Assembly: GCA_951406725.2 (NCBI GenBank)
Contig: OX597820.1
Location: 24,366,001 to 24,430,000, forward strand
DNA length: 64,000 nucleotides
Direction: 5' to 3'
From: Octopus vulgaris
Taxonomy: Eukaryota
In this document: in pieces, positions 28,751 to 43,215 of the stretch
How positions within the stretch are numbered: position 1 is the first letter of the stretch
Layout: each line of letters starts with the position of its first letter
The notes under the pieces: generated by a model
What the model was told of the DNA's origin: nothing
Database searches by the model: none
What the model saw: only the letters and a program-made list of their open reading frames with translations
Position numbers and translations under genes: made by a program

Positions 28751-28923
28751 TTTTATTATATATATATATATATAAGTAAAAGCAATTAAGATTCAAGTGA
28801 GTTCTGTTGAATTCACATGAATGCGGTACTTAACTTAGATGCACCAGAAATCTATATGGTATTAACCATAAGATAATGCGGGGTGATTATAAACAAGAAA
28901 AAAGCAACAAAAATGGATCAATA

Positions 28924-29013
28924 TTTCAGTACAATTGTTTCATACGAGGACCAGCTTTATTAAGGCTGCAAATATTGCAGCAAATGCAAGTGACCTGTAC
29001 TCATCAGCCGAAA
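28924..29013 (-). ncRNA. Inverted second copy of the 29179 hammerhead
   Basis: Reverse complement of 29179-29268 with about 3 substitutions; core intact, one G-U pair in stem I. Confidence 0.82.
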
Positions 29014-29178
29014 AAACATCTGAGTTCACCAAACATCTGAGGGGGTGAGGCTACACTCCTGAAACATCAGGGATAGTTCTATAAAAATCAGATTTAGATA
29101 ATAGACGGACTTCCAAAGTTCTCTAATGTTGCACAGTCATATAACAGGTCTTAAAAAAGTAATTTAAAAAACCTGTTT

Positions 29179-29268
29179 TTTCGGCTGATGAGTACGGGTC
29201 ACTTGCATTTGCTGCAACATTTGCAGCCTTAATAAAGCTGGTCCTCGTATGAAACAATTGTACCGAAA
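29179..29268 (+). ncRNA. Type I hammerhead ribozyme with large stem-II insertion
   Basis: tttcgg CTGATGA gtacg ...gctgcaa cat ttgcagc... cgtat GAAAC aatt GTA ccgaaa. Confidence 0.85.
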
Positions 29269-29551
29269 TATTGATCCATTTTTGTTGCTTTTTTCTTGTT
29301 TATATATATATATATATATATATAAGTTATAACAAAGGGTGAAATTAATTAATTAAGAAGTAATTAGTAATTTCACGAAGTAGAATTTGGCATGAAAAAA
29401 GACCATTTTATGGTAAGTTTAAGTAATACTATATAATTAGGGTTCAGCAACGATTAGCTTCACCACACACCGAAGTTTTAGAAATAGCAGTCAAAATCCT
29501 AACTATTCTTTCTACTTTAAAGGGAGTTCCCAGAAAAACCAAAGCACTTGA

Positions 29552-29604
<53 letters not shown>

Positions 29605-30693
29605 TACATACTCATATATATACATATTTATATACATGCATATGCGTCTGTGTGTGTATGTATATATACATATATACATATATGTGTGTGTGTGATTATA
29701 CGAACATGAGCGTGTCTATATGTGTGAGAGTATATTTGAACTCAAATCGCGTATTTTTGCTGCAATCATGTGTTGGCGTTTGTGTTTAGGTGCAATAGGC
29801 GTGATTAAAGTGTTAGTATGCAGCATGTATTCACGTGCATATCACTAAATGCATCTCAAATTTCTAGGCAAAATACACTTGCGCATATTAAACTATGGAT
29901 TGTGCTAATAGCAGCCATAAATCTCTCAGGAATGAAATGAAACCAAATAGTCATTCTAATCTATTAAAAATAAACGGCAAAATGTATTTTACGAGTCCAT
30001 GAAATTAATGCTGAAATATGAGCCACGCCTCTCTCCTGTATAGTGACACTCTTCTGGCCTGTCTATCACTTCGCACCCCTTTCCTTCTTCTCTTCTTTTT
30101 CTAATAATTTCTCTTTCTCTCGCTTCCCCCCCCTTCTTTTTCTCTCTTTTTCTCTCCTCCCTCTCTCTCTCCCTTACTCTCGCTGTAGTTCTGTTTCCGG
30201 TCGTTACGATTTCAATCCAAGCCGGCCAGCTCAACTAGATCTATGATAGATCTGAGAAGATAAAAGGCGTTCCATCCACGACCATCTTATATTGATGCTC
30301 AGGAATTGTATACCCAGAACTACATTATTTAACGTGTCTTTTCCTTTTGAGATAGCTTTTATTTCTTTACGTTTTACCTGTTTCTCTTGTTGAACAGCGA
30401 CTGTGCCGGGGCACCGCCTTGAACGCTTTTAGTCGAATACATAGACCCAGTAATTTATTTTTAAGTCTGGGACTGATTCTATCAGCGTCTTTTGCCGAAC
30501 AGCTAATATTACCGGGACATAAACAAACTGACACCGGTTGTCAAGCGGTGGGGGTAGGGTGATAAGCACAAGCAGAAACTCACCCACATACACATACACA
30601 TACATTCATCATACATACATTCATACATACATACGTACATACATACGTACATACATATATACATATACATACATATATACATACATACATACA

Positions 30694-30760
<67 letters not shown>

Positions 30761-30763
<3 letters not shown>

Positions 30764-31024
30764 CGGAGATGTACTCGCATAGCAAGTGATTTGATCTGAG
30801 ATCGTGTGCTGGAACGAAAACGATTGCAGCGTGGAAGGTATTTGTAAGTCATTTAAGAAACACACAAAAGCCGTTCGATTATGCAGCACGGATTTTTGTC
30901 AGTGAACAGGTCGCGGATTTTAGCGACGAAAATATTTTGACAAATTAAACTTAAATGTTGAAGTGAATCGAACGGCTTTTGTGTGTTTCTGAAATGGCTT
31001 ACAAATACCTTCCACGCTGCAATT
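30761..31024. mobile_element. TA-flanked insertion with 58-bp inverted repeat enclosing a hammerhead-like fold
   Basis: Arms 30823-30880 and 30966-31023. Confidence 0.6.
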
Positions 31025-31177
31025 ATATATATATATATATATACTAATATAGGCTAACTTTTTTTCAGAAAAAGTTCATCAAAAGTGGCAGCATATTAAA
31101 ATACCTTTAAAGGTTAAAATTATAAACAACCTATAAACAAGGGCAAAATAAAAAATTATTTCTATGCCTATATGTTA

Positions 31178-31271
31178 TCAGCGGTTCTTGAGATATCTTT
31201 TCCACGGGCAAACAAACAAACAAACACGACTGAAAACAATACCTCCGCCTTTGCTAAGGTGGAGGTAATAA
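31178..31271. mobile_element. Helentron/HINE-like terminus
   Basis: (caaa)n followed by hairpin tacctccgcct ttgcta aggtggaggta next to an A/T tract. Confidence 0.55.
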
Positions 31272-32183
31272 ATTATAAGTATTTAAAAATTGAGAGTTTC
31301 TTTTCAATCACTTTGTATGTCTGAGACCACGTGTTTCATAAGTGGGCTTAGAGAGTGTTGCTTTTTGTTAATTTTTACATTTTGTATATCATTTTCGAGA
31401 CAATAGCATCTTTAGTTATATTTCTGAAGGCTAGAATGATGACAGGAGACTGCTCGAAAAACTCGATGCAGAATCAATACCCACAGGATATTTATATTCG
31501 AAAGCTCCGTGTTTCGATATTTTTGACGATATCAAAAATATAAATGAGCAAATTCTATGGCTCACGCGCTGCAGACGTAATGTATATATGCCTGTATATA
31601 CATACATACATACATACATACATACATACATACATACATACATACATACACGTATTTAATATATACATACACATATACATACACATTTAATATATACATA
31701 CATACACACACACATACATATAAACACATCAGTGCATACATATACACATGCATATATAATGCATACATATACACATACAAAATACATACATACATGCATG
31801 TATACATACATAAATATACGTACACATACATGTATATCTATGTAGTACTATATTGATTATTTAATCTTTGTTTACAGTGAATGGACTATAATGGAAATGA
31901 GACAGACTAGTTTAACTCTTTCCTGTTGTGTATACGCTATAAATTGCTATATGCTAACATAATCCGTCTGTGGACATAAAAAAAATAAGTACTTTTCCGT
32001 GATGATGGCCTAACAAGATTAGAAGCTACTTAGGGTGATACCGTACTCTATCTATAAAGGGATAAAAACCGTTATCTTTTTATTTCTTATTTGTTTCAGA
32101 CATTAAATTGCGGTCATGCTGGAGCACCGTCTTAAAGGTTTCGTCGAACAAATCGAACCCAATATTAATTTTTCTTAAGTCTA

Positions 32184-32249
<66 letters not shown>

Positions 32250-32505
32250 ACTTATGAACAAGGGCAAAAGAAAAATTATTTCTATGCCAATATGCTGAGA
32301 ACAGACTTTAAATCGTCAATTTCCACATTACAATATACATTCACTATAAATGCACGTCGTGCTGAAATCGAGGAAAGCGAGCAAACAGAATTTTAAATAA
32401 AATTCGTCATATATACACATATATAAGATGGATGGGAAAATAGCATAGAAGTAAGTCTAAGACTTCAATTTAAGAGGGTATTTAATAAAAAATTATATAA
32501 AGAAT

Positions 32506-32543
32506 ATATTACCGGTTTCGATGTATCCCATCTTATTAAATAT
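32506..32543 (-). ncRNA. Decayed minimal hammerhead
   Basis: atat tTaATaA gatg ggata catc GAAAC cg GTA atat; core differs from CTGATGA only by transitions. Confidence 0.5.
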
Positions 32544-32833
32544 CAGTAAAAACAGTTTTTCTTCTGTCTGTGGGTTAAGGATATGTTTGGAGAATTTTCG
32601 CTGAAGTCGTCTTTAAATATAGTTTGGTGTAGAGTTCAAAGTGTAAGAGAATGTCAATTGTCTAAAAAAATCTTTGTATGTTCCTGCCATGGGAGTGGGT
32701 AAAAAGCATTGATTGAATAGGATTTATCTCCACCTGTGTGTGTATATGTGTATTGTGTTGAATGTCCTTTCAATATGTCTTGAAAATGACCAGCTGTGAG
32801 TTGATGGGTGTATATGTCGTGAAGAATGTCATG

Positions 32834-32899
<66 letters not shown>

Positions 32900-32902
<3 letters not shown>

Positions 32903-33140
32903 GCGCCCTTTTAAAGCCTAGCCTGGCTCATGGGCCCGTTTTCCCGGTTTCAATGGCGTATGTGTTCCCTAGCTGGCCGGGACACCAGCCCATCGCAGCG
33001 TTACTCATTTTTGCCAACTGAGTTGACTGGAGCAACGTGAAATAAAGTGTTTTGCTCAAGAACACAACGCGTCACCCGGTCCAGGAATCGAAACCACAAT
33101 CTAACGATCATGATGCTGACACACTAAGCCACGCGCCTCC
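32900..33140 (-). mobile_element. SINE family C
   Basis: Reverse complement of the 28501 copy; (TAA)n tail. Confidence 0.82.
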
Positions 33141-33154
33141 ACGTATATATATAT

Positions 33155-33458
33155 CACGTGATCACGTGACCGTCCAGACCATCAGATGTTGCTACACATC
33201 GCTGGTCACAATGCGTTCGCATTGTTTTAGCCTTCGATTGACGCCACCCCGCTGGCTAAGCGAGCAGGCCAACAGACGAAAGAGTGAGAGAAAGAGTGGT
33301 GAAAGAGTACAGCAGGGATCACCACCCCCTGCCGGAGCCTCGTGGAGCTTTTTAGGTGTTTTCGCTCAATAAACACACACAACACCCGGTCTGGGAATCG
33401 AAACCGCGATCCTACGACTGCGAGTCCGCTGCCCTAACCAGTAGGCCTTTGCGCCTCG
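33155..33458 (-). mobile_element. tRNA-derived SINE family D
   Basis: tRNA-like head ggtttcgattccc; second copy at 47245-47449. Confidence 0.75.
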
Positions 33459-33463
33459 ACACG

Positions 33464-33501
<38 letters not shown>

Positions 33502-34983
33502 CACACACACACACACCGGCACACACTTATATAGAACAGGCTTTCGCATAGTTTCTATCAAATAAATTCCCATACAAGGCATTGGTCGGTGCAGGGTTAA
33601 AGTGAAAGACATGCGTCACGCATTAGGACTGAACCCGAAATCACGTGGTTGCAAAGCCAAATTTTTATCCACAAATCTATGCCTGCCCATGTGGTATAAT
33701 TATTTTTACTTTTCACAGCAAGACTAAATTGATAAACTGCGTGTTTGCTGAACAGAAACCTCTTACACTTCATTTTATTTTTCTACCACTAAATGTTTAA
33801 GTTAGCAACAGACTTCGAGCAAATTATTATTGATATTGTTATTTTGTTTCACTAAAACTCTCTTAAAGCGTCGCTTGAAAGCGAACTGTTAATTTATATT
33901 GCTGCTACTACGAAGTCCACAGCAGCTATTAAAGTGGAAACCAGCCTGTGGAGATTATAGTAAGTACTGCCTGAGTACAACAGAAAATATTTACACAAAC
34001 CAATAATGATAAAGATCGAGATTCTAAATTCACATTCGGCTCTTTATACAAAAGCAAACGTAATAATGCAATAATTAAAAAAAGAAACTAGCATGATCGT
34101 ATCTTTCTAAATATTTTCCCAAACACTTAAACACACGCTGTAACGCACATATACTGTCATACACATACACCTACATATATACGTACGTATTTATGTATAT
34201 ACATAGAGCATACGAAGATACAGACATAGATGCGTGCGTTAGTACAGGTATTCATAGGTAGGTACGTGCACACACATTTATGTATGTGAGTATGAATGTA
34301 TGTATATATGTAAGTATGTATGTTTTTAGCTGTTCGGCGAAAGCGACCGATAGAATAAGTACTAGGCTTACAAAGAATATACGTGTGTGTGTATGTGTGC
34401 ATGTGTGTGCGTGTGTGTACACATACACACGTACGCACATCTGCAATTATTTTGCTGGTTCCAGTCATTGGAATCCAACTAGTAAAAAGAAGAAACAGCG
34501 GCCACCTTGAAGTGGGATGTAGCCATTCAAATGGAACATAATACCTGTTTTATTTTTAAGCTTGGTGCTTATTATGTAGGTCTCATTTTGGTAAATTGCT
34601 CATTAACTGTGACGTAAACAAACCAACAGCAGTTGTCATACAATGAGCGACAAGCACAAAGACGCACACACACATCCTCGCGCGCGCACTCACACTTACA
34701 TCAGACTTTGTGGAATTTCAGTCTACTATAGTTATATATAAAGCATTGGTTGGGCTGAGGCTGTTGTAGAAAATACTAGTGCAAATTGACGCGCAGTAAG
34801 AAAAACCCCTAATCACGTGATTGTGAAGCAAACTTCTTAACAACACAGCCATACATAGATGTGTACATACTTAGATATGCTCATACATAGTTGGGCTAAA
34901 TTAGCACTTTAAAATACACTCTGTAAGTGGAATAATAAAAATATGTAAGACTTTCTCTAGAGTTAAATATGTAAAAGGTACCT

Positions 34984-35213
34984 TATTTCTTTATTGCCCA
35001 CAAGGAGCTAAACATAGATGGGACAAATAAGGACAGACAAAGGCATTAAGTCGATTATATCGATCCTGCGTAACTGGTACTTAATTTATCGACCCCGAAA
35101 GGATGAATGGTAAAGTTAACCGCGGCGGAATTTGAACTCAGAACGTAGCGGCAGACGAAATACCCCTAAATATTTCGCCCGGCGTGCTAACGTTTCTGCC
35201 AGCTCGCCGCCTT
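34984..35213 (-). mobile_element. SINE family B
   Basis: Near-identical to the 7290 copy. Confidence 0.85.
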
Positions 35214-35288
35214 AAACATGTAACAGTTACCGTTGCTACTTTCCAAATTCTGATGTTGGAAACCAAATTCTGCCTCCTGGGAAGAATT

Positions 35289-35361
<73 letters not shown>

Positions 35362-35595
35362 GATATGTATAAATGTGTGTGTCTGTGTGTGTCTATATGT
35401 GTTTGTATGTGTTTGTATGTCTTTGCGTGTATATGTATTCATGTGCATTTATACATAGATGTACATATGTGTTTGTGCGTATGTACTATGTACGTGTATA
35501 TATATATATATGCATATATTACATCTATACATACATTATATACATGCATATATATATATATTTATATACATATACATATATATATATACATATAC

Positions 35596-35642
<47 letters not shown>

Positions 35643-35683
35643 CACACATATATATATATACACATATATATATACATACATAT

Positions 35684-35737
<54 letters not shown>

Positions 35738-36259
35738 GCACATACACACACGCATATTACTTCCATACAGATTAAGAGTATGATTGCACCTAACAATAAA
35801 CACATAAACATGTTTATCACATACCTATAAACTTGTGTGTACATTAATACATCAAAACACAATTGCAAAACCCAAACACTCACAAACTTCCTCCGCTTTA
35901 TAGATTCTCACCCATTTAGCCACGATAACTCAAATACTCACACATATCTGTATACGCGCCCACATATTAGCTTTGGCATATCCTTCCACGAATAGCAATT
36001 CACAGAAGATTAAATCAAATTCGCAGAACATAAAGTAATTAATTATAGTGACAATCAGTATTTGAAACTATACACATATTCGTCCTACAATTCATGTCTC
36101 TTCTCTCTATCCGTCTGACCAATTTCGTTTATTCCGATGACCGAACAATTGTGAGCCTTTCATCTACCTACACATACTCTCATACACTTGCCTCTAGGCA
36201 ATTGCTTACAAATATTTGCTCTGACACTTTTACTCACCCTCTAGATTAACTTAATCAGT

Positions 36260-36327
<68 letters not shown>

Positions 36328-36729
36328 CTAGCAGTATCGGCCGGCGTTGCTCGGGTTTGTTTCGACCCTTTAGAATTGGAATTTTTGAAAAGTAAAAATT
36401 CTGAATTATGTAGCTTGTTTTTCTCTTTAAGTAAGCATTTTTTCTGGTTGAAATACACCAAAAAATGGCGACACAGCAGTCAACAAATCGTAAAAAATCG
36501 GGATTTTCATAGAAAAAAGCACCTTTTTTATGTAAATAATTTTGGCGTTAACGTGGTCCGATTTGAATTTTTTCTTCTACGGAAGGAAGAACAAGCCTTC
36601 TTCTATCATACTCTCAATTTTGGTCAACTTGCGCCAAAGGGTCTCAGAGGAGATAGTGTTAGTTGAAGGCTACCAAATCTGCCACACACAGACAACTTCA
36701 GCTTTATATATATATTTTATATATAGAGA
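36328..36729 (-). mobile_element. Non-autonomous Helitron
   Basis: Minus strand starts with TC and ends with CTAG, with GC hairpin cccgagcaacgccggc just upstream; inserted at A|T. Confidence 0.7.
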
Positions 36730-36813
36730 TATCGTCAGTTTGTTGTCTCATTTATTTTCGATGCGACAACTTTCTGTTAATACATTTAATTTTATGACAA
36801 CTTCTGTCTGAAC

Positions 36814-37140
36814 CATAGGTTCTCAAAGTGGGCGCTACCACACCCTGGTGGGCGTTGAGATGATCCAGTTGGGCACTTGAGCCTGAGCGGGCGGTGTGGG
36901 GGTGCGTTAGAGAAAAATGTGCCGTTGGGAAAAAGGCAGTGAACTGGGGGACGCTATGAATTTATAATATTATTACAGTATTGTATGCAAATTATATGAT
37001 ATATAAAATATCCAATTATTCATCGTATATATATAAATGAGTAAAATATAAAATATTTTTACATAAAAATAAGGGTGGGGCGCTGAGGGTATTATGTAGC
37101 CATGAGGGGAGCGGTGGCCCAAAATCTTTGAGAACTCCTG
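36814..37140. mobile_element. hAT (Buster/Charlie-like) MITE
   Basis: TIRs cataggttctcaaa / tttgagaactcctg; flanks gtctgaac and tctaaac approximate an 8-bp TSD. Confidence 0.7.
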
Positions 37141-37697
37141 TCTAAACTTTTACGCATTACCTATCACACATCATTAGCACTTAGTAAAGAGACTCTTAAA
37201 TTCAAACATAACACAGCACAGCAAAGCAATTCTTATTAAATTCACGGTTGGTAATTTTCTTTGAAGAAATTCAATTGTCTAGACATTGGTCGGGTCAAGT
37301 CATGTATGGGAGCATGCGCTGTTTCAGCGTGTCGTCGCATCCACCGTTTGTCGATGTTTCTCTACTCCTTGTGGATGACGCCTTTGTAGCACTCATGCGA
37401 CAACCTTCCCGGCTATGAGTCTGTTTGGGTAATCAGTGCTGGTGAAGGTTTTATGAAATCGAAGGCTTTACGAGGGTTTTACAAAATCGAAGTGCAAATC
37501 CCATTTAGTCGCCTTTTTCGACATGTAGAGGAAAGGTTGCGACCATTCTTTCTTATGCCGGTCCGTCCTCACACTGTCATAGATGAATATCTTTAAAGAA
37601 TATCATAGCTTGAGAAATAGCCAGTGGGACATTTTGAACTTTCTAGCTTTATATATTGAACTATCTAGTGTTATATATTGAAACACCACACACACAC

Positions 37698-37762
<65 letters not shown>

Positions 37763-38949
37763 GACATACACACAGACACGCAGAAACACAGACATAGAGA
37801 CACACACACACATACACGCATGCACACATGAATATACTCGTGTAAAGTCATATTCAGCATACCTGTATGCATGTAGACATGAGAAAACCCTTCGCTGCTG
37901 AAATAGTCCAGGGTAGATTATCTCCTCTTAGACATAAATTTAGGACTTATTATAAATTCCTTTAAATCTTGCCAAGGAGGTGTACAAAAGTACCGTTTAT
38001 GCACAGGTAAGGCCCACAAAATCCTTATGACCGATAATCATATAATCGTTAATTTTTAACTAAGCGAAATGAATTGGTTGTCTCTTTTTGTTTCTTTAAT
38101 AATCATAAATCTTACAGAATTAGTTATCAACTACGTACACAGAATGATGCGGTTATTTTGTAGCTAGATTATAAATGATTAATAATTACTAATTAATCAA
38201 TAACGGATTAAAATATATGCTTGATACGGCAACATTCAATTAGGCGAATCGTGGACGCATGGGGGAAATATATGGATTTTATAATTTCTTGTCTTTCAGT
38301 TTATTCTCTTCTCATTCTAATTGCCATGGTTATGAGAAGAATGATTTGCACTGAAGGATGGAGCATCTAAATAGAACTATAACTTATATGCTTTTACGTG
38401 TATTAACTCAGGCAATTACTAAACTATTATTACGGTAATAATGGTATCTGTCGCTTCTGTAAGTGTTATTATATATTATTATTCTTTCTGGGTTTTTCTC
38501 GTCATTATTATTATGGCTCTCTTATTGACGGATAAATTACCATCTACCAAATAATGTATTTCATATTGTACTTAATGTTATTATTATCGTTGCGTCCATA
38601 TGAAATATAACTATGAATCTTGTTATGACAGCTTGAATAGCTGCCCTTCTGTATTAATTAATCTCTTTTTGTGTTAAGTACGGCAGAACGCATATTGTGG
38701 AGAAATGCTCTGCTTTGTGTGTATTTCCCGTAGCTCTTCACATTCTGAGTTCAAATCTCACCGAGGTCAACTTTGTGTTTCACCCCCCTGCCCATCGGGG
38801 ATCATTACAATAAGCTCAAGTATTGGGTCGATGGCGTTAACTAACACCCGTCTTCTAAATATTCCTCGCTTTGTATATAAATAAGCAATAATAACGATTT
38901 TAAATTGTTGCTCAAAGCCAGCAATTTTGAGAAAGGGCTAAATCGAATA

Positions 38950-39761
38950 AGTGGTTTGATCAATAAGTATCCGGACAGTTGCCACAGTAAAGTCGCTTGG
39001 CACAGATTAACCTTGAACGCTGCTGTGCAGGCGTACTAAATTTTAACATTCTAGCTCACTTCTACTGTACACAGCAGTGCTTGGTAGGAAGGTGTGTAGC
39101 GTGTGATCGTCGCATTGACCATGACTGAGAAAATTGAGCAGAGAATCTGGATCAAATTTTGCCAAAAGCTTGGTGATACCTACTCAGAGGCCTGTGCAAA
39201 GTTTTCATTGTTCTCGACACAATCCAGGAGGTCTTGTGTAACTGAAACTCGTGTGTCATTTTGGTCAGCTGAAAGCAGTTTTGCCTCTCATACCTAAATC
39301 TTCAGTGATAATGGACTGAACTAAACCATAACTAATCGGCACCTCCTCTGATAACTTACGGATGCTGATTCGATGATTTTTCCCTCACAGTTGCAGGCAC
39401 ACCTGTGATGGTTTGCGCAGTTCTGCTGGTTGCAGGTTCCCCAGAACGTTCGTCAATATGGACACGTCTAGCTCACTCGTACAATTCTGTGCGGTTCATA
39501 CACACCTCTCCATACACTTTCTTCAACTTTGCGTAGGTCTTTGAGCAGGTATCGTCATAATCTCCTCTGTCATGGTGAATATGACGATCATACGTTACAC
39601 AGGTTCCTTCCAAGCACTACTGTAAACAACGGAAGTAAGCTAGAACGTTAAAACTTAATGCACATACACAGCAGCGTTCAAGGTCAATCTGTGCAAAGCG
39701 GCTTTATTCTGCGTGCTTTAGCTTCGTTACTATGGAAATAATAATTATTGATTAGACCTCG
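38950..39761. mobile_element. mariner-derived fold-back element made of two head-to-head 5' ends, nested in a SINE
   Basis: ~250-bp diverged inverted arms, each with the transposase start (MTEKIEQRIWIKFCQKLG); splits the SINE motif tcgatta/catcgacccc at TA. Confidence 0.75.
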
Positions 39762-40044
39762 TACATCGGCCCCAGTTGTCAACCGGTAGTTATTTTATCG
39801 ACCCCTAGAAAACGAAAGGCAAAGTCTCGGTGGAATTTGAACTAAGAACGAAATGCAGCTAAGTAATTTGCTTGGTGTGCTAACGATTCTGCCCTCTCGC
39901 GTCTTATAATGGTTTATAAATATTAAGGGGTTAAGCTAGCAAAATCGTTAGGTCGTCGGACAAAACGCTTGGCAGCATATCATCCATCATTAGATATCCG
40001 TCAAATGTAAATAATATAAATAATGTACATAATTCCTCATCTCT

Positions 40045-40158
<114 letters not shown>

Positions 40159-40818
40159 TATGTGTGTGTGTGTGAAGGTGCGTGGCTTAGTGGTTAGGGC
40201 ATTCGGCTCGTGATCGTAAGGCCGTGAGTTCAATTCTCGGTGACGCGTTGTGTCCTTGAGCAAGAAATTTTATTTCACGTTGCTCCAGTCCAATCAGATG
40301 GCAAAAACATGTAGTACCTGTATTTCAATCGGCCAGCCTTGCCACACTCTGTGTCACGCTGAATCTCCCCGAGAACTACGCCTTCGCCTATCGTGTTCAT
40401 ATACTGTATGGATCTATTCGCTTGCGCAATACGTTGTCGATGACACTCTTAGTACACGGTGGATTGTATTCTTTCACTATGTATGTAAGCTATGAGAAAA
40501 GCTGGTAAGCCTTCATTGTGCGTGGCTCTGTGCACGAATATAAATGGATGATGATGAGGGTTTGTATTTTTGTCAATGCATAAATGGTGCTATGATGTCT
40601 TTTCACTTGGTCACCTATTTACATTTATATCTGGTGTTATGTCATGATTCGGATGCCTGTGTGCATGGGAAAGTGGTTTCATTTAAGGCCTATGTGTCTA
40701 TACGTTTTGTTGTGGTAGGTGTGTAAAAGAGAATCTATATAAAAGCCAGTGATTGTGACTGTATGTATTCTCGTGCCTATGTCCGTGCTTTGATATTAAT
40801 ATCTGATATCTGATTATA

Positions 40819-41222
40819 GGCGTAGAAGTGGCTGTGTGATAAATAGCTTGCTTACCAACCACATGGTTCCGGGTGCAGTCCCACTGCGTGGCACCTTGGC
40901 CAAGTGTCTTCTACTATAGCCTCGGGCCAACCATTACCTTGTGAGTGGATGTGGTATACGGAAACTGAAAGAAGCCCGTTGTATATATGTATATATATAT
41001 ATATGCATGTGTGTGTATGTGTGTCTGTGTTTGTCCCTACAACATCGCTTGGCAACCGATGCTGGTGTGTTTACGTCCCCGTAACTTAGCGGTTCGGCAA
41101 AAGAGAACGATTGAATAAGTACTACGCTTACAAATAATAATTCCTGGGGTCGATTTGCTCGACTAAAGGCGGTGCTCCAGCATGGCCACAGTCATTTGAC
41201 TGAAACAAGTAAAAGAGTAAAA
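40819..41222 (+). mobile_element. tRNA-derived SINE family A (internal microsatellite, LINE-like tail), near full length
   Basis: A-box-like tggctgtgtgataa, B-box-like ggtgcagtccc, tail ggcggtgctccagcatggccacagtc..gactgaaacaagtaaaagag; many further fragments in the window. Confidence 0.85.
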
Positions 41223-41420
41223 TAATATAGTATGTGTATATGTGTGTGTATGTCTATGTATATTTGGTGGGAACAGAGACATTTTAAACTTATATGAAAA
41301 TATCAGGGTATTTTAAACGTTACAGTGAGATCTTTGGGGGCTCTAAATACTTCAATAACTTCACGGCACGAGCGCTTCACTATTTTCTTTATCACTAACT
41401 CTAATCGAATTTACACGTTA

Positions 41421-41469
41421 AGTTATTCTGAAGATTCCTAAAAAGGATGAAATAGTACTATCCACGATT
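41421..41469 (+). ncRNA. Degenerate hammerhead ribozyme
   Basis: CTGAAGA ttcc taaaaa ggat GAAA tagtact ATC; palindromic stem III, stem I eroded. Confidence 0.55.
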
Positions 41470-42691
41470 ATTGCCTTGGAGAAATTGTAATAAATTTGCC
41501 ATAGATAAGGAAGTTATATATGTGAACTCCCTGTATCCTCTTCGCATGCCTTGATTTTAAATTCAAAATTCTAATCCTGTTTCACGCTGCGTGGAGATAG
41601 TTATTTCCCTTTGTATTACCATATATAACAATGTTCCCAGCATTGTTCTATCTATAATATGATACCTCCACACAATGTTATCTTGTCCTGTCAGAAAGTT
41701 TCTTCATTTAACTACTTTTTATTTAGAATTCTTCATTTTTTATTTTTCTATTGTGATTTTTTGATAGTTTTTTTTATTTATTCTTTATCGTTGGTTTGGA
41801 ACGACAATGTGAGTAAAAGATAACGCGGACAATATTCCCCTTTGGAAGTTTTGTTTTCCTTATCTTCTAATTGTTTCTTTTATCTTTGTTTATATTTTAT
41901 CTGTGTATTTGTATTTACGTATTTCTTTAATCTTTCGATCTTATCGCTATTGTTATCCGTGAATTTTGATTGAACATGATTCTCTGTTGTCCAAGGTCGA
42001 TATGAAAAAACAAAAATATTAATCACTAAACAATTTTAAATTCGTTGATGACAATCTCGAAGAACAATAAGAAGGATGAGGCAAAATCTTTCTATTTATT
42101 ACCATAATAATTTCCTGATTCATTTGGGCAATACGTAGTTTTGCATAGTTCTCTAAAAGCAACATCCAGTTACAATTAATCGACGATGGGCGCTTTTTCT
42201 CCGAATTTTTTTCTTGTGAAATGTTTTCAGTTAACGACAGTCCTTGTTTCCATTAACTGTTTCGTTTTCATTTTCCTCTTCATGATTAGGCAATGCCCTT
42301 CATTTCCCATCAAGCATAACTTTTTCGAAGCTAATCTTGTTTTGAATACTTACCTTGACTGCGAACAATTGGTAGCTTTCGCAGGATATGATTGTAGAGA
42401 ACCTACATTCCCTTACTTAATGAAACAGCTGTTGAGAACAAACGAGGTATGAACTATATGTGGAATAAAGACTTTTCTGCTTCTATGCTAAATGTGTTAC
42501 TTCATAAGATCGTTTTAGCTGATTATGAAAATACATGCAAGCGATCCCACGTGCATTTGCTGTAATGCAATAATGTGTCGCAGCTTAAGATTTTGTTGCC
42601 GTGGACTCATTCTTTCATATTTAGACATCAATTCTCTCTCTTTTTCACATCCTTCCTTCCTTCGTTCCTTCTTTCATTCCTTTCTTTCTCA

Positions 42692-42761
<70 letters not shown>

Positions 42762-42862
42762 GTATATATATATATATATATATATACATATATATGTATG
42801 AATTTGTGTGTGTTTATGTATATATATATATATATATATATATGTATGAATTTGTGTGTGTT

Positions 42863-42902
<40 letters not shown>

Positions 42903-42924
42903 TATGTATGAATTTGTGTGTGTT

Positions 42925-42971
<47 letters not shown>

Positions 42972-43154
42972 AGCATAATAACCATCCATGGATGAAAATT
43001 ATATATATGATATTTTAATATATTGTTACGCGCGTTTCTACAAATCATATGTTTTTGTGACCATAATCCGCATCCTTGCGATAATTACAAACAATTTGTA
43101 ATATCTATGGACATCAGGTGGGTCCTTGTTCATTCCATCCATGGATTATTATTA

Positions 43155-43215
<61 letters not shown>

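Larger units (their letters stand above)
28774..29301. mobile_element. PLE pLTR insertion with ~130-bp inverted duplication
   Basis: Arms ~28888-29017 and ~29175-29303, each with an HHR; (TA)n flanks. Confidence 0.78.

Noticed and set aside
41186-41215. cagtc..gactgaaacaagta in the SINE A tail resembling half a hammerhead
   Set aside because: No upstream CUGANGA; it is the LINE-like 3' stem-loop tail.
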